This document shows positions 59,813-64,000 of a stretch of 64,000 nt of DNA, piece after piece. The DNA lies in the NCBI GenBank assembly GCA_963789615.1, contig CAWBLI010000009.1, positions 11,892-75,891 on the forward strand, in the 5' to 3' direction. The translations under genes and the position numbers were made by a program. The notes below the pieces were generated by a model. That model was not told where the DNA came from. It was given only the letters and a program-made list of their open reading frames with translations, and did not search any database. The stretch is from an uncultured Actinomycetota bacterium. GTDB taxonomy: Bacteria > Actinomycetota > Actinomycetes > JAFAQI01. Each line of letters opens with the position of its first letter. The stretch's first letter is position 1.

Positions 59813-60241
59813 ATGGGACGAGCCAGCGCGACGGTCGCCGCGGCGACGGCCTCGCTCGTCCTGCTCGCCGGCGTGACGTACGCCGCGGTGCAGTCGGTCG
59901 ACACCAGCCCCGACGCGCAGGTCGTCATCCCCGCGTCGCCCACTGCCACGCCGCACCCGGCCACGCCGAGCCACTCCAGCCGTCCCGCGCCCTCGCCGAC
60001 CCCCGACGCCCGTGGGTCCGACGACCCGGGTAGCCACGGCGCGGGCGACGACCGGAGCGACCGGAGCGACAAGGACACGGGTGACAAGGACAAGGACAAG
60101 GACAAGGGCGATCGAGGCGGCGGGCGACGCGGTGGGCGGGGCAGCGGGTCGGGCTCCGGGTCAGGCGCAGGCTCCCGCTCCCGCTCCAGTGATGGCGGTG
60201 GCGGTGGCGCTGGCAGCAGCCACGGCGGCGGGAACCACTAG
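59813..60241 (+). CDS. Exported low-complexity protein (Pro/Thr, DK and GS repeats)
   Basis: GAGGGAG RBS; N-terminal hydrophobic segment; DKDKDK and GSGSGS tracts. Confidence 0.65.
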   Translation: MGRASATVAAATASLVLLAGVTYAAVQSVDTSPDAQVVIPASPTATPHPATPSHSSRPAPSPTPDARGSDDPGSHGAGDDRSDRSDKDTGDKDKDKDKGDRGGGRRGGRGSGSGSGSGAGSRSRSSDGGGGGAGSSHGGGNH

Positions 60242-60260
60242 CCGCAACGGCGCTAACAGT

Positions 60261-61598
60261 TCAGCCGATCGGAAGCTCCAGGTGGACTCGAGTGCCGTGC
60301 CCCGGGGCCGACTCGATCTGCAGCCGGCCACCCGCGTCAGCGACGAGGTCCGCCAGGCCCCGTAGCCCGACGTGGCCCTCCGCCGCTCGCGCCGCCGCGG
60401 TCTGCGCGCTGAAGCCCACGCCGTCGTCCACCACGTCAAGCGTGGCGAAGCCGTCCTGGTTCGTGGCGGTCACGACCAAGTGGTCGGCCTTGGCGTGGGT
60501 AACGACGTTGCGGATCGCCTCGCGGGCCGCCCGGTAGATCAGCCGGCCGACCGACGAGGGGATCTCCGTGTCGATGCCGTCGACGTCGCAACGGGTGGCG
60601 AGTCCCCGGATCGACGCGGCGGTGGTCAGGTCCATGAGGGCCGCGCTCAGGCCGGCGTCCGCGAGCTTGGGCGGGTAGATGTCGACCAGCAGCGACCGCA
60701 GCGAGGTGATGCTGTCGCGGACCTGGGTCGCGGAGTGCTCGAGCAACGTCGACGTGGCCGCAGGCACGGCGTCCTGACGGGCTGACCCGGCGAGCTGGAA
60801 CGCGACGCCGGCCAGGTCCTGGACGACGCCGTCGTGCAGGTCGCTCGCGATCCGGCGCCGCTCGGTGTCGGAGGCCTCGACAGCCTGGCGTAGCAACCGT
60901 TCCCGCTCCTGCTGCCGGGTGCGCAGCCGTCTCGCCAACGACCAGGCCAGCGGGATCTGCACCAGCTCCAGGGCCACCAGCGCACCGATTGACACCGGCG
61001 CGAAGCTCCGCCAGATCCGAGCGCCGGACGCGGAGACCGCGCCGTACCGGTAATAGGCCTCGAACAGCAACCGCCCGCCGTTCGGCATCCGGATCGGGAG
61101 GTAGACCTCGAGCAGCTTGCCCTGGTTCCGCTCGAACTGGTTCTCGGGGCGCGACAGGTCACTGACCTCCGCCTCGATCACCCCGTCGTCGAGCGCGGAG
61201 CGCTCCTCGTCCCCGAGCTGGAACGTCCTGCCCTGGAGCAACGGCTCGTCGGAGTACACGATCGTGCCGGCCCGGTTCCAGATCTTGACCCGGACCAGTG
61301 ACGGATCCAGGACCGAGCTCCGGACGACCTTCGCGACCTGGGCCACCGCCGCGGACTGGCCCGAGGTGAGCCCGTCCGTCACGACCGGCTCGACGATCGT
61401 CTGAGCCTTGATGAGAGTCGTCGTACGGGCGTCCGCAATGGCCTCACGCTGGCCTACCCGACGGCTCGCGGCGAAGGTCCCGACACCGACGATGGAGACC
61501 GCGACGATGCCGACGACGGCAAACCCAAGCACCGGTCGGGCCACGCCCCACCGCCCGGAGCCGCCGTCTTGTCCGGCTCGACCTCGATCCGCTCCCAC
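60261..61598 (-). CDS. Sensor histidine kinase (HisKA_3); start uncertain
   Basis: ERRRIASDLHDGVVQDL; REAIRNVVTHA; DDGVGF; GHVGL. Confidence 0.9.
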   Translation of the reverse strand: MGADRGRAGQDGGSGRWGVARPVLGFAVVGIVAVSIVGVGTFAASRRVGQREAIADARTTTLIKAQTIVEPVVTDGLTSGQSAAVAQVAKVVRSSVLDPSLVRVKIWNRAGTIVYSDEPLLQGRTFQLGDEERSALDDGVIEAEVSDLSRPENQFERNQGKLLEVYLPIRMPNGGRLLFEAYYRYGAVSASGARIWRSFAPVSIGALVALELVQIPLAWSLARRLRTRQQERERLLRQAVEASDTERRRIASDLHDGVVQDLAGVAFQLAGSARQDAVPAATSTLLEHSATQVRDSITSLRSLLVDIYPPKLADAGLSAALMDLTTAASIRGLATRCDVDGIDTEIPSSVGRLIYRAAREAIRNVVTHAKADHLVVTATNQDGFATLDVVDDGVGFSAQTAAARAAEGHVGLRGLADLVADAGGRLQIESAPGHGTRVHLELPIG

Positions 61599-61700
61599 CC
61601 CCAGATAACGGGGGGTGGCGGTCAACGGTTCAGTCCGGTTCCGGGCAGCCGCCGATAGGCTGGGCAGCGGGGGCAGACTTCGAAGGCGGGATCGACACCC

Positions 61701-63854
61701 ATGTACGTCGGGGACCAGGTCGACGCGCGCCGAAAATCCGCCGAGCCAGACCCAACCGCGCCGAGTGGGCCCGCCACCAAGCCGACGACCCACCGCGGCT
61801 ACCGGGGCGACATCGACGGTATGCGTGCGATCGCGGTCGCGCTCGTGGTCGTCTACCACGCCGGGTGGGGCCTGTTCGGCGGCGGCTTCGTCGGCGTCGA
61901 CGTGTTCTTCGTGCTCAGCGGTTTCCTGATCACGGGTCTGCTGGCCGAGGAGCTGCAGCGGTCGGGGTCGCTGTCGTTCGCCCGGTTCTATGGTCGTCGG
62001 ATCCGGCGGTTGCTGCCGATGTCGGCGCTGGTCCTGGTCTGCACGGCGGTTGCGTTCTCCTTCGTGATCTCGCCCCTGGACCACGCCGCGCTCGAGGGTG
62101 ACATCCGGGCCGCGGTCTTCTACGTCGCCAACTGGCATTTCGCCGGGCAGGCCGTGAACTACCAGACCGACCCGAGCAACAGCCCGGTCCTGCACTTCTG
62201 GTCGCTGGGTGTCGAGGAGCAGTTCTACGTCGTGTGGCCGCTGCTGCTCGTCCTGGTGGCCGGGCGGGCCGCCCGCCGTCACAACCCGGAGGGCGCCCGG
62301 CGCCGGATGTTCGCGGCGCTGGCCGTCGTCGCGGCCGCGTCGTTCGCCCTGAGTGTCATCGAGACCGGTCGATCGGCGACCGCCTACTACGGCCTGCACA
62401 CCCGCGCGTGGGAGCTGGCCGCCGGTGGTCTGCTGGCGCTGGGTGCGCCCTGGCTCAAGCGGGTGCCGCGACCTGCCCTCGCCCTCGGCGGCTGGATCGG
62501 CATCGGGGCAGTCTTCACGGCCTCGATCGTCATGGGCGCGAACACTCCGTTCCCCGGCAGCGCCGCCGCGATCCCGGTGCTCGGCACCGTCCTCATGCTC
62601 GCGGCCGGGGGCATTGCCGCGGCGCCGGCCGGGTTGTCCCGGCTGTTGTCTGCGTCCTGGCTCAGATACGTCGGCCGGGTCTCCTACGGCTGGTACCTCT
62701 GGCACTGGCCGTGCATCGTCTTCGTCCGCGTGCTGGCGGGCGAGAGCATCACTGCCAACAACCAAGGCGCCGCCGAGGTACACGTCTGGCCGGTCTGGAC
62801 TGCTCTTGCCGTCCTGGTCAGCTTCGGCCTCGCCTGCGTGTCGCATCACGTTCTCGAGAACCCGGTACGCCGATCGCGTTGGCTGGCCGCCACGCGTGGT
62901 CGTTCGCTGGCGCTCGGCGCCGCCTTGATGGTGACAGTGATCGGAGCGACCACGCTGATCCTGCCGGCGGCAGCATCGACCGGGCGCCCCGTCGTGACGG
63001 CGTTGGTCGCCGGTCATGGCACTACACCGGTCTCGAAGCGGGTCCGGCTGAACCTCTCACCGGCCGCGGCGCGCCTCGATCGACCGAAGGGCCTGCACGG
63101 CTGCTACGCGTCCAACGGGCCGGCGGTCGCTCCGAGCAACTGTGTGTTCGGCGATCGGCACGCCACAAGGACGATCGCCCTGGTCGGCGACTCACACGCC
63201 GAGATGTGGTTCCCGGCGTTGAAGCGGGCCAGCATCGCGAACCACTGGCGGCTGGTGTCGTGGTCGAAGAGCTCGTGCCCGTTCCTGAATGTGGGCGTCC
63301 ACATCTCCACCGGCGGCCCGGTATATGGGGCCTGTGCCTCCTGGAACGCCTCGGTGCTCGCGCACCTGCGCGCCCAACCGACGCTGGACGCCATCATCGT
63401 GGCCCACAGCGGTGGCTACCTCCCGCTGCTGAACAATCCGGACGGCTCCGTGGTGTCGAGCTCGGACGCGCCTCAGGTCTGGGGAAACGCCTGGGCCAGC
63501 ACCGAGGCGACCTTGAAGCCGTTGACGAGTCACATCGTCGTGATGCGCGACGCACCACATCCCGCGACCGACGTACCCGCTTGCTTGGCCTCTCATGGCA
63601 GTGACGTGCGTCCCTGCTCGTTCCCGCGCAGCGGCGCCTTCACGGACAGCGACATTTTTCTCGCCGCCGAGAAGGCCAACTCCGATCAGAGCGTGAACTT
63701 CATCGACCTGGACGATCTGCTCTGCCCGGGCGACCCGTGTCCGGTCGTGGCGAACGACGGGACGATCATGTACGCCGATACCCATCACGTGACCGCGTCC
63801 TTCAGCCGCGAGGTCGGGCTCGCGCTCGGCGCTCGGCTGCGGCCCATCCTGTGA
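61701..63854 (+). CDS. Acyltransferase-3 + SGNH O-acetyltransferase (OatA/OafA-like)
   Basis: DIDGMRAIAV..V..YH, GVDVFFVLSGFLIT, HFWSLGVEEQFY; GDSHA; DTHH. Confidence 0.93.
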   Translation: MYVGDQVDARRKSAEPDPTAPSGPATKPTTHRGYRGDIDGMRAIAVALVVVYHAGWGLFGGGFVGVDVFFVLSGFLITGLLAEELQRSGSLSFARFYGRRIRRLLPMSALVLVCTAVAFSFVISPLDHAALEGDIRAAVFYVANWHFAGQAVNYQTDPSNSPVLHFWSLGVEEQFYVVWPLLLVLVAGRAARRHNPEGARRRMFAALAVVAAASFALSVIETGRSATAYYGLHTRAWELAAGGLLALGAPWLKRVPRPALALGGWIGIGAVFTASIVMGANTPFPGSAAAIPVLGTVLMLAAGGIAAAPAGLSRLLSASWLRYVGRVSYGWYLWHWPCIVFVRVLAGESITANNQGAAEVHVWPVWTALAVLVSFGLACVSHHVLENPVRRSRWLAATRGRSLALGAALMVTVIGATTLILPAAASTGRPVVTALVAGHGTTPVSKRVRLNLSPAAARLDRPKGLHGCYASNGPAVAPSNCVFGDRHATRTIALVGDSHAEMWFPALKRASIANHWRLVSWSKSSCPFLNVGVHISTGGPVYGACASWNASVLAHLRAQPTLDAIIVAHSGGYLPLLNNPDGSVVSSSDAPQVWGNAWASTEATLKPLTSHIVVMRDAPHPATDVPACLASHGSDVRPCSFPRSGAFTDSDIFLAAEKANSDQSVNFIDLDDLLCPGDPCPVVANDGTIMYADTHHVTASFSREVGLALGARLRPIL

Positions 63855-63862
63855 GCTGAGGC

Positions 63863-64000
63863 CTAGACCGGCGGGTTAGCTCCCGGATCCCGGTATTGCG
63901 GCGTGGACCGCTGCCGGCGCCGCGCGATCCGCCAGCCGAGGAACCCGAGCACTGCCACGATGTAGACGACGTGGATGACGTCGTACGCCGGGCCTCGATG
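63863..64000 (-). CDS. C-terminus of a membrane protein entering from beyond the window
   Basis: Manual translation ...YDVIHVVYIVAVLGFLGWRIARRRQR...PPV*. Confidence 0.5.
   Translation of the reverse strand, partial: HRGPAYDVIHVVYIVAVLGFLGWRIARRRQRSTPQYRDPGANPPV

Noticed and set aside
60040-60190. Short tandem repeats (GACAAG, GGGTCG-like) as CRISPR or VNTR
   Set aside because: They are in-frame codon repeats encoding DK and GS tracts, with no repeat-spacer structure.

Overview
High-GC actinobacterial chromosomal segment of about 58 CDSs and 4 tRNAs. No integrase, transposase or CRISPR array was seen. Scattered 1-nt indels break several genes and are probably long-read errors. The most unusual region is a minus-strand operon at 702-6762. 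It encodes a divergent tungstate-type ABC importer: a TupA-like binding protein with an altered TTTS motif and an extra C-terminal domain, plus TupB- and TupC-like subunits. Inserted between the binding protein and the permease are a Tat-signal, membrane-anchored PKD protein and a MotA/TolQ/ExbB + DUF2149 pair (HmuU/HmuV-like). The operon ends in an HTH-TOBE Mo/W-sensing regulator. This is a candidate undescribed Mo/W or pterin-cofactor acquisition system. The rest of the window holds an rsgA paralogue with an attenuator-like leader, a LAL regulator, korAB divergent from pntAB, a diguanylate cyclase, a core MetE-like enzyme, an orphan adenine methylase, a YtrA-type ABC operon and a ~1600-aa LamG/FN3 surface protein. 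It also holds a kinase plus pseudokinase two-component locus, a coxLSM-like molybdoenzyme, a kinase-aminotransferase fusion, an EsrISR-like PspC system, an OatA-like acyltransferase and a dispersed Lys/Glu/Asp/Phe tRNA cluster. All calls come from reading motifs by eye; no database searches were run.
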